64,000 nt of DNA from the IMG/VR virus record IMGVR_UViG_3300014204_000002, positions 1-64,000 of that record; one strand, 5' to 3'. Origin of the DNA: a virus (Duplodnaviria > Caudoviricetes). How positions within the stretch are numbered: the stretch's first letter is position 1; each line of letters starts with the position of its first letter. Shown one piece after another: positions 9,319-19,519 of the stretch. A model generated the notes under the pieces. That model was given only the letters and a program-made list of their open reading frames with translations. It was not told the origin of the DNA and did not search any database. Position numbers and translations under genes: made by a program.

Positions 9319-9591
9319 ATGGTATTCCAAAAGAAAGAAGTCGATCCAGAGATTGCAAAGTGGGGTTTCTGTGACACCTGTGCGTGTTTCGTAATGAGTC
9401 CCGGTGCCTCCAGAGACATGAATGGTAAGTGCCATCTTGGCCCTACCATTGTACCAATTTCACTGGCTAGTATGAGCTGGTGCAGTAATTATCGCAAAGG
9501 TACACAGCGCAATGCACGAAGTACCAGTGCTAATCCTACTGGTATAACCGACGAAGTTGTGACAGTGGCCGAAGTTAAGGAGGAGCAATAA
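9319..9591 (+). CDS. small Cys-rich (Zn-finger-like) protein
   Basis: GAGGT SD upstream of ATG 9319; CDTC...GKC...WCSNY. Confidence 0.6.
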   Translation: MVFQKKEVDPEIAKWGFCDTCACFVMSPGASRDMNGKCHLGPTIVPISLASMSWCSNYRKGTQRNARSTSANPTGITDEVVTVAEVKEEQ

Positions 9592-10473
9592 ATGGGGTGG
9601 GATGCAGAAGATCCGGTAGTGGATCAGTTTAAACCCAAAACTGATCTTGTTGAGGATGGATCTATGACCATTAGCAAGTCTACCGATAAGCAGGCGTCAA
9701 ATGATGACTTTTCCTTCGATTTCGATGAAGCAGAGGATGACGGCGAAAAGAAAGAAATCTACACTGTTTACGGGCACAAAAACAATGGCAAGACAACTAT
9801 CTCATATGGTATTCCACATGCCGGTGACAAGATTCTTGTGCTGTCATTTGATCGAAAGTCTACACGGCCAAAGGATGCGCCATATATCGTAAATGGCAAA
9901 CTTACTATCAGCGTAAAAGATGCCATCAAGTACCTCGACAAATCCTCTGAACAGAGATATATTGAGTCAGCTATTAAGACCCACGCCTTTGTTCTGGCGC
10001 TGCTTGATCAGGCAAAGGAAAAGTTTGATCCGGATTGGGTCATGTTTGATGGCACAGAAGTTATGTCTGGCATCATGGAACTCGTTATGCGTGGACGTAA
10101 CAACCTCAAACCCTTCCAAGGAGTAGCAAATCGGAGTTTGTGGAGAGAACGCCGTCAGTATATCGATGATATCCATAACCGGGCTTCACAGGTTGCCAAG
10201 AAAGGTGTCATCTACACAATGTACTCGCAAAAGGATGAGGTAATCGACAAAGATGGAACTGTCATGAAAAAGGTTGATATTCCAAAGTGGATCGGATCTG
10301 TAATGGAAGAGACCGATATTGTAGTTCACGCAGAGACAAAGTTCGAAAATAACAAGAATGTCTTTTACGCGAGAGTAGAAGGATCAAAACTGCCTGACAG
10401 ATATCCAGACGGTATGTATAATATTACGAACAAGCGCTTTAGGGATGTTGTAGAAACTAAGGCAACATCATAA
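9592..10473 (+). CDS. AAA_24/Sak4-like P-loop ATPase (single-strand annealing recombinase)
   Basis: Walker A YGHKNNGKTT, Walker B WVMFDG; between SSB-like and PD-(D/E)XK nuclease genes. Confidence 0.75.
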   Translation: MGWDAEDPVVDQFKPKTDLVEDGSMTISKSTDKQASNDDFSFDFDEAEDDGEKKEIYTVYGHKNNGKTTISYGIPHAGDKILVLSFDRKSTRPKDAPYIVNGKLTISVKDAIKYLDKSSEQRYIESAIKTHAFVLALLDQAKEKFDPDWVMFDGTEVMSGIMELVMRGRNNLKPFQGVANRSLWRERRQYIDDIHNRASQVAKKGVIYTMYSQKDEVIDKDGTVMKKVDIPKWIGSVMEETDIVVHAETKFENNKNVFYARVEGSKLPDRYPDGMYNITNKRFRDVVETKATS

Positions 10474-10478
10474 TTTTT

Positions 10479-11234
10479 ATGATAACGCTACCCGTGACAA
10501 CGGACGCCGAATGGAATGCCACCAACGACTACATTTCAAAGTCCAGGTGCACACTATTTACTACATGTGGCATAAAGTACAAAAAGCAATACATCGATCA
10601 TTGTATTCCGCGTGAGGATTCTCATGCGTCAACTGTCGGCACACGATTCCACGAATTTGCTGAACTCTTTATGGGAGTGGCTGACAAATACCCTGAAGAA
10701 AAATGGAAGTCCTTCATTCATCCTGACTTCACTAATGAAGAAACAGCAATGCTCGATTGGTGGATTGACACCGAAATTGAACGACGCAAGACAGTAGGAG
10801 AATACTGGAAACCACTCGCTATGGAGTATCGTGCCATAAACCACGGTCGTAGAATCAGGGGAATCATCGATAGAATCGTGCAAACATCTGAAGACACTAT
10901 CGATGTAGGAGAGTACAAAACAACTCAATCTATAAATAAATCAAAGTTGATGTTTGAATTCGGGTTCTATGATGTGCTACTTGAAAACGTCCCGGAATTA
11001 GAGGGATTCAAGCGCACTTATACCGTTATTAACCCGCGATTAAAACAGATCGTGTCATTTAATCCTTCCCGGTTATCCACCATAATCAAGAAGATCAACA
11101 AGATAAACGACGCAATTAAGAACAACGAGTTCAAACCTGCGTGCAAATACGACTATGTCTTTGACTGGTGTAATATCTGCACCATGGAGGAAATAACCCA
11201 GTATAATGGTCTTATGAACTTTGTGAGCGACTGA
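10479..11234 (+). CDS. PD-(D/E)XK (Cas4/RecB-like) exonuclease
   Basis: ISKS..C, GTRFH, RGIIDRI and EYKT motifs; C-terminal C...WCNIC Fe-S-type cysteines. Confidence 0.85.
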   Translation: MITLPVTTDAEWNATNDYISKSRCTLFTTCGIKYKKQYIDHCIPREDSHASTVGTRFHEFAELFMGVADKYPEEKWKSFIHPDFTNEETAMLDWWIDTEIERRKTVGEYWKPLAMEYRAINHGRRIRGIIDRIVQTSEDTIDVGEYKTTQSINKSKLMFEFGFYDVLLENVPELEGFKRTYTVINPRLKQIVSFNPSRLSTIIKKINKINDAIKNNEFKPACKYDYVFDWCNICTMEEITQYNGLMNFVSD

Positions 11235-11306
11235 ACAGTAGTTTAAAAGGAAACAAACATTATATAAGGCAGTAAAAATAACAGTTAATGGAGCACTGAT
11301 TGTAGA

Positions 11307-11675
11307 ATGAGCAATGTGACGCCAAATACTTCAATTCCTGATATACCAGATGCTATTCATATGCCGGAATATCAGATGCGAAATATCCTTGGTGAGATTA
11401 AAAACAAGAGACCGATTACAGGGGAAAGTAAGAAATCAGACTCTTTCAAGTCTCTTTTTGATACGATTAAAGAAGTGCTTGATGCTAAAAACGGTCAGTA
11501 CTCAATTGATCCCATTTCCGTTTTATCTACTGACGATCTATTATGCCAGATAAAGATCAAGGCAGTAAGAGCACAACTCGTGAACATGAAGGACAAGCGC
11601 ATTGATGAGTTAACTGACATCATTGTGTATAGCCTGCTTACGTGGAAGAAAATTATTGAGGAATCACATGAGTGA
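11307..11675 (+). CDS. DUF1599/Nmad1-like all-alpha nucleotide pyrophosphatase-related protein
   Basis: AKNGQY...IKIKAVR...IDELTDIIVYSLL pattern. Confidence 0.6.
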   Translation: MSNVTPNTSIPDIPDAIHMPEYQMRNILGEIKNKRPITGESKKSDSFKSLFDTIKEVLDAKNGQYSIDPISVLSTDDLLCQIKIKAVRAQLVNMKDKRIDELTDIIVYSLLTWKKIIEESHE

Positions 11676-11997
11676 CGATATTACTATTACATTTACAAGA
11701 GAAGAACTTGCCGGAATATACTTCCTTACTCAACTTGGCGTTATTTCGTCTTATGTTGAACCAAGTATAAGGCGCGTTGTCCTCAAAAACGACACTGAAG
11801 AAAAGCATCAGGAGTTTGACAAGGCACACGACGACTTTGATACTACCCTTAGTTATATCAAAAGCATTACAAAGGATGACAAGATTGTAGGTGGGGCACC
11901 AGCACTCGATAAAATTGAGGAACTGCGCACGACTCTCAATGATATCTTTGCCAGCGAAAACCCCGAAGAATCAGCCAAAGAATCGACCGAAGAATAA
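11668..11997 (+). CDS. hypothetical protein
   Basis: Likely ATG at 11668 overlapping the upstream stop; acidic tail. Confidence 0.55.
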   Translation: MSDDITITFTREELAGIYFLTQLGVISSYVEPSIRRVVLKNDTEEKHQEFDKAHDDFDTTLSYIKSITKDDKIVGGAPALDKIEELRTTLNDIFASENPEESAKESTEE

Positions 11998-12021
11998 GTC
12001 AATCATCACCATTTAACATAC

Positions 12022-12055
12022 TCTTTTATCCCCGGCCAGCAAATACTGTATAATG
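12022..12055 (+). promoter_or_regulatory. archaeal TATA-type promoter for a leaderless polB transcript
   Basis: TTTTATCC about 22-25 nt before the ATG, with no SD. The same spacing occurs before 5522, 7100, 22781 and 40794. Confidence 0.55.
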
Positions 12056-15001
12056 GCCGAAAAATTAATATGGGTGCTAGAAGACTCTACATATCGCGTT
12101 TCCCGTGGGGCAGCCGAAGTATTGTTCTTTTCCCGAAATTACGAAGATAAATTCAAGACCATAACTCACGTATTCACGGGGTTTAGGCCATATTGTCTTG
12201 TTCCGGCTGATGAATTTCCTCCACTTCCACCCGGCTGTGACTATGGCGATGAAATAGAATTCGATGCATTAAATCGCGAAGTTCGTAAAGTTTACACTGA
12301 TGTTCCTGCCACGGTTCGCAAAATACGAGACCTATTCACGTTTACTGATATGGCCGACTTCCTTTTCGAAAAGCGATTTGCTGTAGATCATGGCATCTAT
12401 TACGCCTATCGATTAAACGAGGCCGGCCTACCCGAAAATGTAGAAATAGACGATTTCATTCCTCCACGAGTATTAGGTATAGATATCGAAACTCTTGCAC
12501 CACAAGGTACCTTGCCATTGCCCCATGATGCGAAATGGCCGGTAGTATCTATCCAATCTGAAGACTTTTACACAGGAGAAATTATTGTCTTTACTGCCTC
12601 GAATCTCAACATTAATGGCGAGCGAGTTATGTTTCCCCAGACTGATGCGCCGGATCATGTTGCCTGTAAAAATGAGCAGGAACTTTTCAAGGTGTTTCAA
12701 GCCTACATGAGTGAAATTAACCCCGACGTACTAACAGCTTGGAGCGGGGCTCGCTATGACTTGCCTTTCTTGATTAGACGCGCTAAAGTGCTTGGAATAA
12801 GTTGCACTGGTCTGGCTCGTCACGGGATCCCCCGATGTGAAATAGATAACGAAGCAGATTCCGGGTTCAGTACATCAGTTAAGGGTCGCTGCACTCTCGA
12901 TATGCTCGAAGCCTATAAAAAATTCTACAAGCAAAAAGCACAGCGAGAAAGTTACGATTTAAAATCAGTATCTGCTGATTATGGCTTTGAGTACGTCGAT
13001 TATGGTGCAAAACTCCTAGAACTACTCCACAACAAAGAATATGAAAAGTTTCTCCAATACTGTCGCAACGATGTAATAGCGCTGAAGAACATTGACGACA
13101 AAGTAGGACTGTTTAACTTTTATGAAGCACTGCGCAAAATCGCTGGCTGCAAACTAAACGACACCTTGCACAATTCAGTAGTTATTGAGGCAGCATTCCT
13201 GAAAAACGGCATGAAAGCAATGCCTACCAAAGCTCCGTATACCAAAGGCGGTGACAAATTTGAGGGAGCACTTGTATTACTTCCACCAGCGGGTATCCAC
13301 GAATGGGTGGGCACTGTCGATCTTGCGGCACTGTATCCAACGGTCATGCGTGCATTTCCTGATAAATGTTGCCCTGATCCCAATTACAAAGTTATCGAAA
13401 TACTAGAACTATTTGTATCAGAGCGTGAGCGATATAGAGCCCTGAACAAAACAGATGCATCAACACCGTTAACAGAACTCATTGAGTACATTTTCAAAGT
13501 ATTAGCCAACTCAGTATACGGCGCACTGGGACTCAAATCATTCAGGTTATTTAAGCGCGAATGTGCAGAAAACGTAACATCTATAGGCCGAGACGTCGAT
13601 CGCTTTGTTCATAAATGCCTATTAAAACACGGCTATAAAACTGTATACAGCGACTCTGTTGCTGGTGATTCAGTCATAAAACTTTACGATAAGAAAGGAA
13701 ATTGGAAGTTTGTAAACATCGAGGATATGTTCACCACTGTAGATGTTACGGAGCAAGAAACTGGAAAAGAGTATCATTTGCTTGAAAACGTTTACGTTGA
13801 ATCTATTGATGAAAACGGCAAAGTTATCCTCGACAGAATAAAATGTGTGATGCGGCACAAATGCAATAAACAAATGTATCGCGTAACTGATCAGAATAGC
13901 ATATATATTGATGTTACAGAAGATCATTCTTTGATTACATACGACGGTTTTAGATTCTGCGAAATAAGACCTATAGATCTTAAAAATACTCATTATCCAC
14001 TGATATCATATCTTATCAATCCACTAAATGAGCATACGAGCATTGTTTTCGATAATATTGCATCTGTTGAAAAGATTAACTATAGTGGTTATGTTTATGA
14101 TCTAACTACCGAGCAATCACATAAATTCTTCGCAAATGGATTGCTTTTGAAAAATACGGACAGTTCGTTCTTCTATCCGGTAAACACGCCTGAAGAGGGG
14201 CTTAAAGTTCAAGACAAATTAAACGTCGATCTGGAAGAGTGGGGATTAGCGGTGGGTGCAAGGGTTAAATTTACACTTAAATTTGAAAAACTCTACCGTC
14301 GCATCTTGTTTAAGAAGGATGAGAAGGCCAAGAAAGAGTTTCGATGGGGCGACGATGTTGGTGCCAAGAAAAAGTATGTTGGTCATTTACTTTGGAAAGA
14401 AGGTGTTGATTACAGCGATAAACGCGAATTAAACTTCATGGGACTAGAGTTAGTAAGGTCAGATAGTAGCCAGTTCACCAAGAAGATGCTACGTGAGTTC
14501 TTTGAAATAATATTAATTGACGGAGATACAGTTGCCGGATCGGCTTTCATCAGGAAGTCGTATAAGGACGTGAAGGCAGGCAAAATAAATGTGAAGGAAT
14601 TATCAATACCTAAACAGATCAGGGCAGCATCGAGGGCAGCATCGCCTCACAAGCGCGGTATCCAGAACACTCATAAAGTATTCAATTACAACATTCCAGA
14701 TGGTGTTAAACCCAGACTGATCTACGTCAAAGATTATCCATATGAATTCTGCATAGACGACGAATTAGACATCGGTGATTGGAACAACAAGATTGACTGG
14801 GAAACAACTCTCGAAAAGAACGTCACTAAAAAACTCAGGCTGTACGCAGAAAGCGCCGGTATAAACTGGAATCATGTTATTTACGGCCAGCAATCAATCA
14901 GGTCATTCTTAACCCAAACCGAAACCGTCAACGAAGCACTCAAAGAAATCGAAAAAGACGACGCCGAAGACGATGAGTTAGAACCCTATGAAATGAGTTA
15001 A
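12053..15001 (+). CDS. polB: family B DNA polymerase with mini-intein
   Basis: Exo I DIET, Exo III YCRND, motif A DLAALYP, motif B KVLANSVYG, motif C YSD/TDS split by the intein, KKKY, C-terminal PIP-like QQSIRSFL. Confidence 0.97.
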   Translation: MAEKLIWVLEDSTYRVSRGAAEVLFFSRNYEDKFKTITHVFTGFRPYCLVPADEFPPLPPGCDYGDEIEFDALNREVRKVYTDVPATVRKIRDLFTFTDMADFLFEKRFAVDHGIYYAYRLNEAGLPENVEIDDFIPPRVLGIDIETLAPQGTLPLPHDAKWPVVSIQSEDFYTGEIIVFTASNLNINGERVMFPQTDAPDHVACKNEQELFKVFQAYMSEINPDVLTAWSGARYDLPFLIRRAKVLGISCTGLARHGIPRCEIDNEADSGFSTSVKGRCTLDMLEAYKKFYKQKAQRESYDLKSVSADYGFEYVDYGAKLLELLHNKEYEKFLQYCRNDVIALKNIDDKVGLFNFYEALRKIAGCKLNDTLHNSVVIEAAFLKNGMKAMPTKAPYTKGGDKFEGALVLLPPAGIHEWVGTVDLAALYPTVMRAFPDKCCPDPNYKVIEILELFVSERERYRALNKTDASTPLTELIEYIFKVLANSVYGALGLKSFRLFKRECAENVTSIGRDVDRFVHKCLLKHGYKTVYSDSVAGDSVIKLYDKKGNWKFVNIEDMFTTVDVTEQETGKEYHLLENVYVESIDENGKVILDRIKCVMRHKCNKQMYRVTDQNSIYIDVTEDHSLITYDGFRFCEIRPIDLKNTHYPLISYLINPLNEHTSIVFDNIASVEKINYSGYVYDLTTEQSHKFFANGLLLKNTDSSFFYPVNTPEEGLKVQDKLNVDLEEWGLAVGARVKFTLKFEKLYRRILFKKDEKAKKEFRWGDDVGAKKKYVGHLLWKEGVDYSDKRELNFMGLELVRSDSSQFTKKMLREFFEIILIDGDTVAGSAFIRKSYKDVKAGKINVKELSIPKQIRAASRAASPHKRGIQNTHKVFNYNIPDGVKPRLIYVKDYPYEFCIDDELDIGDWNNKIDWETTLEKNVTKKLRLYAESAGINWNHVIYGQQSIRSFLTQTETVNEALKEIEKDDAEDDELEPYEMS
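13655..14155 (+). mobile_element. mini-intein (167 aa, no homing endonuclease) in PolB motif C
   Basis: Begins SVAGDS, block B DVTEDHSL, block F GYVYDL, ends FFANGLLLKN followed by Thr; excision restores YSDTDS. Confidence 0.92.
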
Positions 15002-15002
15002 G

Positions 15003-15076
15003 TATAAATAGTTATAAAACGCACCTAAATGATGCCAAGGTAACAGGGAAGTTTCCTCTTTTTCTTTCTTGTTATG
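15003..15076 (+). repeat. dispersed promoter+hairpin unit, copy A (putative small RNA gene)
   Basis: TATAAATA...GCACCTAA-ATGATGC...GTAACAGGGAAG-loop-CTTTCTTGTTATG; homologous to copies at 22.1, 30.4, 46.8 and 57.3 kb. Confidence 0.7.
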
Positions 15077-15177
15077 GCGGCAAAATATTCTGTGATATTG
15101 TTTCTTCTCCGATGTTAGGTGGGAAGTTTGTCATTTCTTTCCACCAAATATATATCTTCTGAAATTCCATTCTTCTT

Positions 15178-15351
15178 ATGCAATTTTTATGCGTGACGTG
15201 CAAGGCAGCAATGCGCGAGACAATGCACTTCGATTATGAGAACGGCAAATATGAGATACGGCTCAATTGCCCGAACAAATGTAAGCGCGGGTCGTCTCAC
15301 ATCTCCTTTACGTCAATCCCCGGCGAAGTAAAACTGAAATTGAGCGAGTGA
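15178..15351 (+). CDS. small Zn-finger-like protein (57 aa, below ORF-track cutoff)
   Basis: MQFLCVTC...LNCPNKC; TATATAT upstream. Confidence 0.5.
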   Translation: MQFLCVTCKAAMRETMHFDYENGKYEIRLNCPNKCKRGSSHISFTSIPGEVKLKLSE

Positions 15352-15358
15352 CGAAAAT

Positions 15359-15697
15359 ATGAGACACTATAAACCCGTCATAAAAGTACAAGACGTGCAC
15401 GACTGTACAACCTGTGATATTTGCGGCAAAGAATTCAAAACTAGCAAAAGTGTTGATGCGTGCTCAGTTGAACATAAATTTGAAATGTCTTATGACTATA
15501 GTGAGTATTATTATGATCCAGTTGACTCATATCATTGGGCACCAGATATTTGCATGGATTGTTTCATCGAGAAATTTGTGCCATTCTTTGAGCAAATTGG
15601 GCTCGTGCCACCTCCAAATGAGTGTAAATATGATGCCTCATTTGACACTGCTATTGCGCTTTATCTTAAACGTAGGCAGGAATGCTTGAAAAATTAA
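15359..15697 (+). CDS. Zn-finger hypothetical protein
   Basis: CDICG...ICMDC. Confidence 0.65.
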   Translation: MRHYKPVIKVQDVHDCTTCDICGKEFKTSKSVDACSVEHKFEMSYDYSEYYYDPVDSYHWAPDICMDCFIEKFVPFFEQIGLVPPPNECKYDASFDTAIALYLKRRQECLKN

Positions 15698-15712
15698 GTA
15701 TTATAAGTAACA

Positions 15713-16594
15713 TTACTTAGAAAAGAAGATCTTGTTATTTTCAATCACATCTCGCATTTTTGCAGGCCACTGAATGTAAATCCCGCTATGACCGCTTTTC
15801 TCGCTGGTATAATGGAAATATGCACCGCCAAAATCTTCACCAAACTTGGTTAATTTCCATGCACTATTTTCCTTCGTGACATATCCGAGGCGATGTAACA
15901 ATTTGTTTGTTTTGCTTCCATTGTCCCCATATGGTTTACCGAGATCGCGGGCACTGATATGCGCACCTTCATACTCATTTTCTGCAGGAGGTAGGCATTT
16001 TTGATACTTCTCGAAGCTGACTCCGGTTTCTCTGGTTGCTTCTGCTAATGCTACGGCGATCATCATTGTTTTTGGCACGTTTACAATATCAGCAATATAG
16101 ACACCAAGATCTATTTTATCCTTGCATACCTGTTCAGGACTACGCATAGACGGGTGAATGACCGGAGTAACACTTATCGTAGAAACCAATTCTTTCCTGC
16201 GATATTTCGTAAACACTTCAGCCATTCCTCGCTGATGATTTATAATTTTTTCACGCGCTTCCATATTTCTAATCGTATCTGGATTGATCTTCTGAATTAA
16301 CAAGTTATACCCATTCTCATTAATGAAGTTATAAATCGTGCCTCTCTGAAAGCCAGTTGCATTATTCGCAACCGGGTTAACATTTGCGTTTTGTAACTCA
16401 TTTCCATTTACTTTTATGATATACCCATTGAATTCCTGCTCATTTCTTGAAAACAATCTACTAATTGTGGATTTGTCTACATCTAACTGCTTATATAAAT
16501 CAGTAACGCATACAAACGGTTCATTGTTCGTAATCAAAATTCTACACTCAATACCATCTACGGCATCAAATTCAAGTTTTTCTATATTGTGCAT
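15713..16594 (-). CDS. antirepressor-like DNA-binding protein (Bro-N/AntA-like N-terminus, KilAC/ANT-like C-terminus)
   Basis: N-terminal EPFVCVTDL...FINENG; C-terminal ISARDLGK...NKLLHRLGY...WKLTKFG. Confidence 0.7.
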   Translation of the reverse strand: MHNIEKLEFDAVDGIECRILITNNEPFVCVTDLYKQLDVDKSTISRLFSRNEQEFNGYIIKVNGNELQNANVNPVANNATGFQRGTIYNFINENGYNLLIQKINPDTIRNMEAREKIINHQRGMAEVFTKYRRKELVSTISVTPVIHPSMRSPEQVCKDKIDLGVYIADIVNVPKTMMIAVALAEATRETGVSFEKYQKCLPPAENEYEGAHISARDLGKPYGDNGSKTNKLLHRLGYVTKENSAWKLTKFGEDFGGAYFHYTSEKSGHSGIYIQWPAKMRDVIENNKIFFSK

Positions 16595-16605
16595 TTTCGA
16601 TACCT

Positions 16606-16738
16606 CAACAATAAATTAGAAATACGCAATCTTTATATCGGAAAAGAGACAACATATAGTGTTCATTCTTTTCTAATATGAAGGATGGTACCCTTCATAT
16701 TTATTGTTAAACTACATTTGGTTCTGAACTATTTAAAA
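16606..16738 (-). promoter_or_regulatory. structured 5' leader with embedded antisense promoter, copy 1
   Basis: Homologous to 38191-38310 with compensatory changes in the outer stem. Confidence 0.65.
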
Positions 16739-17200
16739 TTAGGCGTAGGCAGGAATAAGCCATGTATTTACGGGATATATTAGATCGCTTCCTTTTTTAT
16801 TGTTGCAATTAGTACACATCGGCTGATAATTTTTAAGTTCGTCTTTTCCACCGCGTGATCTAGGCAGTATGTGATCCTTCGTGAAGAGCACTTCATTTCC
16901 TTGATCATCGAGTCCATAGAGATTAAAGTGATATTGACCGTAATGTCCCTGTCTCTCCATTATGAAATATTGAGCCTCTAATCCACAATCAACGCAGGTA
17001 GTGCCATATACAGCAAAGCATTGATAGCGATCGGAGGCCATATTAATCCATTCTCCGTCAAAGTCAACTTTATATGCTTTACCATTGCGTTTGGTATCAA
17101 AAATAGTTTGTGAGAGGACTTCTTCGATGGAATAGTGTTTTTCTTTGCGATCAAAACGGGGAACAGAGATACGTTTATTTCTGATTCGAACCATCTGCAA
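16739..17200 (-). CDS. HNH endonuclease
   Basis: CVDCG...TKDHILPRSRGG...NYQPMCTNCNNKKG. Confidence 0.9.
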   Translation of the reverse strand: MQMVRIRNKRISVPRFDRKEKHYSIEEVLSQTIFDTKRNGKAYKVDFDGEWINMASDRYQCFAVYGTTCVDCGLEAQYFIMERQGHYGQYHFNLYGLDDQGNEVLFTKDHILPRSRGGKDELKNYQPMCTNCNNKKGSDLIYPVNTWLIPAYA

Positions 17201-17218
17201 AAAAGATTGGTTGTTGTC

Positions 17219-18109
17219 TTATATAAAAGTTTCTAAATTAATGTCCTTGAGCCGGGTTTCGTAATAACTGTATAGATTACGTGGGCCTTCGCAAAGATGA
17301 TGTTTGCATTCAACTTGCACATATTGGGCAATTAGGGGCATGGCTTTTCGTATGTTTTTGAATTCGTCGCCTAAATCAACACGGGCTTTCTCGATCGCGC
17401 CATAAATTTCAGAGTCTGACAACGGCGGTAATTGAATGGCGCCGTCTCTGATATCACGAGGAACCTTTGTTAATCTTGGTGTGTCAACTTTTGACTTGAA
17501 ATAAATTGTACCGCGACCTGCTCCGGCATTTTCGCCCATGTTAAACGGAGTCTCGCCCATTGCTTTACCGACGACGCCTTCTTCACCGCGATCAATGCAT
17601 TCTTGTAGCATCAGGTCTTTGAACTCGTAAAGTTCCTCAATGGTAGTCATTTTGCAGGTTCCCATTAACTCTGTAACCGGTAGCCCGGCATGATCGCACT
17701 CCTGATACAACTTCGTATAATTTACAAATCGCTGTGATTTTGCGCTCCATAAGTCAAATGCAATAAAATGCGTATTTTCGTGAACTTTAATTCGGGTAGG
17801 TGATTTTCCTTTGCCGCAGAGTTCACCGAAGAGCACGTAATCAGTATTCCACTCACTTGCCGAGTTAAGCAGATCTAAAATGGCGTCCCATTCAGGACAC
17901 TGCTTCATCTGCGTATAGACCTCCATGTTTGCGCGAGCCATGTTTCGTGATCTGATTTCTGGTTCGCCGTCAATTAATGCAATTCCAATATTTGAGCCAT
18001 CCTCTTTCAACGTCCAGAATATCTCGTGCCCGAGCAAAATTTGTGGCCCCGGCTCCAACCTTTCCAGCGCATCTAAATGAGGGTATTTAACCTGTTCTAA
18101 TATATCCAT
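17219..18109 (-). CDS. ATP-dependent RNA ligase (Rnl2-like nucleotidyltransferase)
   Basis: Motif I KEDGSN, RSRN, III LFGE, IIIa AFDL, IV EGVV, V FKSK; no OB domain. Confidence 0.8.
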   Translation of the reverse strand: MDILEQVKYPHLDALERLEPGPQILLGHEIFWTLKEDGSNIGIALIDGEPEIRSRNMARANMEVYTQMKQCPEWDAILDLLNSASEWNTDYVLFGELCGKGKSPTRIKVHENTHFIAFDLWSAKSQRFVNYTKLYQECDHAGLPVTELMGTCKMTTIEELYEFKDLMLQECIDRGEEGVVGKAMGETPFNMGENAGAGRGTIYFKSKVDTPRLTKVPRDIRDGAIQLPPLSDSEIYGAIEKARVDLGDEFKNIRKAMPLIAQYVQVECKHHLCEGPRNLYSYYETRLKDINLETFI

Positions 18110-18239
18110 AAGTTATCTTATGTTAGTTAATTTATAAGTTTAAAAAGGTTTATATTGTCGTAAGTATAATTCTTAATTCCAACAAAATCCGATTGTAGGC
18201 GAATGGCACTGAATCTGATCCTTCATGCCACATTTATTA

Positions 18240-19519
18240 AATTGCCTGCTACTTTAGTTGTGGGATACAGCAGGCTTACACATAGATATAAATATCTGTA
18301 AGTATAATATGGTAATATGTTACAAACCTACAAGTACAGGTTGTATCCCAATGCGATCCAGCAGGACCGTATTGAGAGGCATATCGGCGCTTGTAGGTTT
18401 GTATACAATCTGTTTCTTCAGAAGAAAATCAAGCATTACTCTGCACATGGTAAGTCCTTGTCTTGTTTTGCTCTGAATAAGATGTTGCCCGCACTGAAAA
18501 TTGAGTATCCATTCTTACAGGATGTTCACTCACAACCATTACAGATGGCATCTCGCAATTTAGATAATGCGTTTACAAAGTTCTTCAGAGAAAAGAAGGG
18601 ATTTCCTAAGTTCAAGTCTAAAAAGAATCCAGTTCAATCGTTTCAGTATCCACAAGGAGTGAAACTTAACTGGGAATCAAGCAAGGTATATCTTCCGAAA
18701 GTAGGTCAAGTTAAGTGCAAACTACACCGATTTTTTGAAGGGAACATCAAAACATGTACAGTATCACGGACTCCTACCGGAAAGTATTTTGTATCAATTC
18801 TTGTAGATAACAAAGAACCAGTTCCAGAATCTCAACCATTTAATTCAGAGACTACAATTGGTATTGATGTAGGATTGACATATTTCGCTACTCTATCTGA
18901 TGGAACAAAAGTTGAAAACCCAAGGATTCTTAAAAAGACCTCTGTAAAACTTAAGAAACTTCAGCAATCAGTATCCAGAAAAGTAAAAGGATCAAACAAC
19001 AGACGCAAAGCAATCCGCAAAGTAGCACAATGTCATGAAGATATAGCAAACCAACGATCAGACTTCTTGCACAAACTTTCTTTTAATCTAATCAGCGAGA
19101 ACCAAGCAATCGCAATTGAAGATCTGAACGTGTCTGGGATGTTAAAAAATCATAAACTTGCTAAACATATTGCAGATGCTTCTTGGTCAGAGTTTAGAAC
19201 TATGATCATATACAAATGTAAGAAGTATGGAAAGACCTTGTTAACTATCGGTAGGTTTGATCCATCTTCAAAAATTTGTAGCAAGTGTGGATATCATAAC
19301 ATTAATCTCGCACTGAAAGACCGAAATTGGATTTGTCCTGATTGCGGAGCAGTTCATGATCGGGACATTAATGCCGCGATCAATATTAAATCATTTGCTT
19401 TAATGAAGCAAGATACAGGGCAGGATCTGTCCGGTGAGCCTATGGAGATTGAGTCAGACACATTAAGTGCATCGATCAATGAAACAGGAAGCCAACAACT
19501 TTAGTCATTGGTAGATCAC
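18240..19519 (+). mobile_element. tnpB-only IS200/IS605-family (IS1341-type) element
   Basis: Related subterminal palindromes GCCTGCTACTTTAGTTGTGG (left) and GCCAACAACTTTAGTCATTGG (right); right end TCAC; no tnpA. Left boundary uncertain by about 2 nt. Confidence 0.8.
18317..19504 (+). CDS. tnpB: RNA-guided endonuclease TnpB
   Basis: YKYRLYP N-terminus, RuvC-I GIDVG, RuvC-II IEDL, zinc finger CSKC/CPDC, RuvC-III DRDINAA; all catalytic residues intact. Confidence 0.96.
   Translation: MLQTYKYRLYPNAIQQDRIERHIGACRFVYNLFLQKKIKHYSAHGKSLSCFALNKMLPALKIEYPFLQDVHSQPLQMASRNLDNAFTKFFREKKGFPKFKSKKNPVQSFQYPQGVKLNWESSKVYLPKVGQVKCKLHRFFEGNIKTCTVSRTPTGKYFVSILVDNKEPVPESQPFNSETTIGIDVGLTYFATLSDGTKVENPRILKKTSVKLKKLQQSVSRKVKGSNNRRKAIRKVAQCHEDIANQRSDFLHKLSFNLISENQAIAIEDLNVSGMLKNHKLAKHIADASWSEFRTMIIYKCKKYGKTLLTIGRFDPSSKICSKCGYHNINLALKDRNWICPDCGAVHDRDINAAINIKSFALMKQDTGQDLSGEPMEIESDTLSASINETGSQQL

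Noticed and set aside
10479-19504. CRISPR-Cas system (Cas4-like nuclease, Cas12f-like TnpB)
   Set aside because: No repeat-spacer array or other cas genes. The nuclease sits in a recombination module and TnpB has IS605-type ends.
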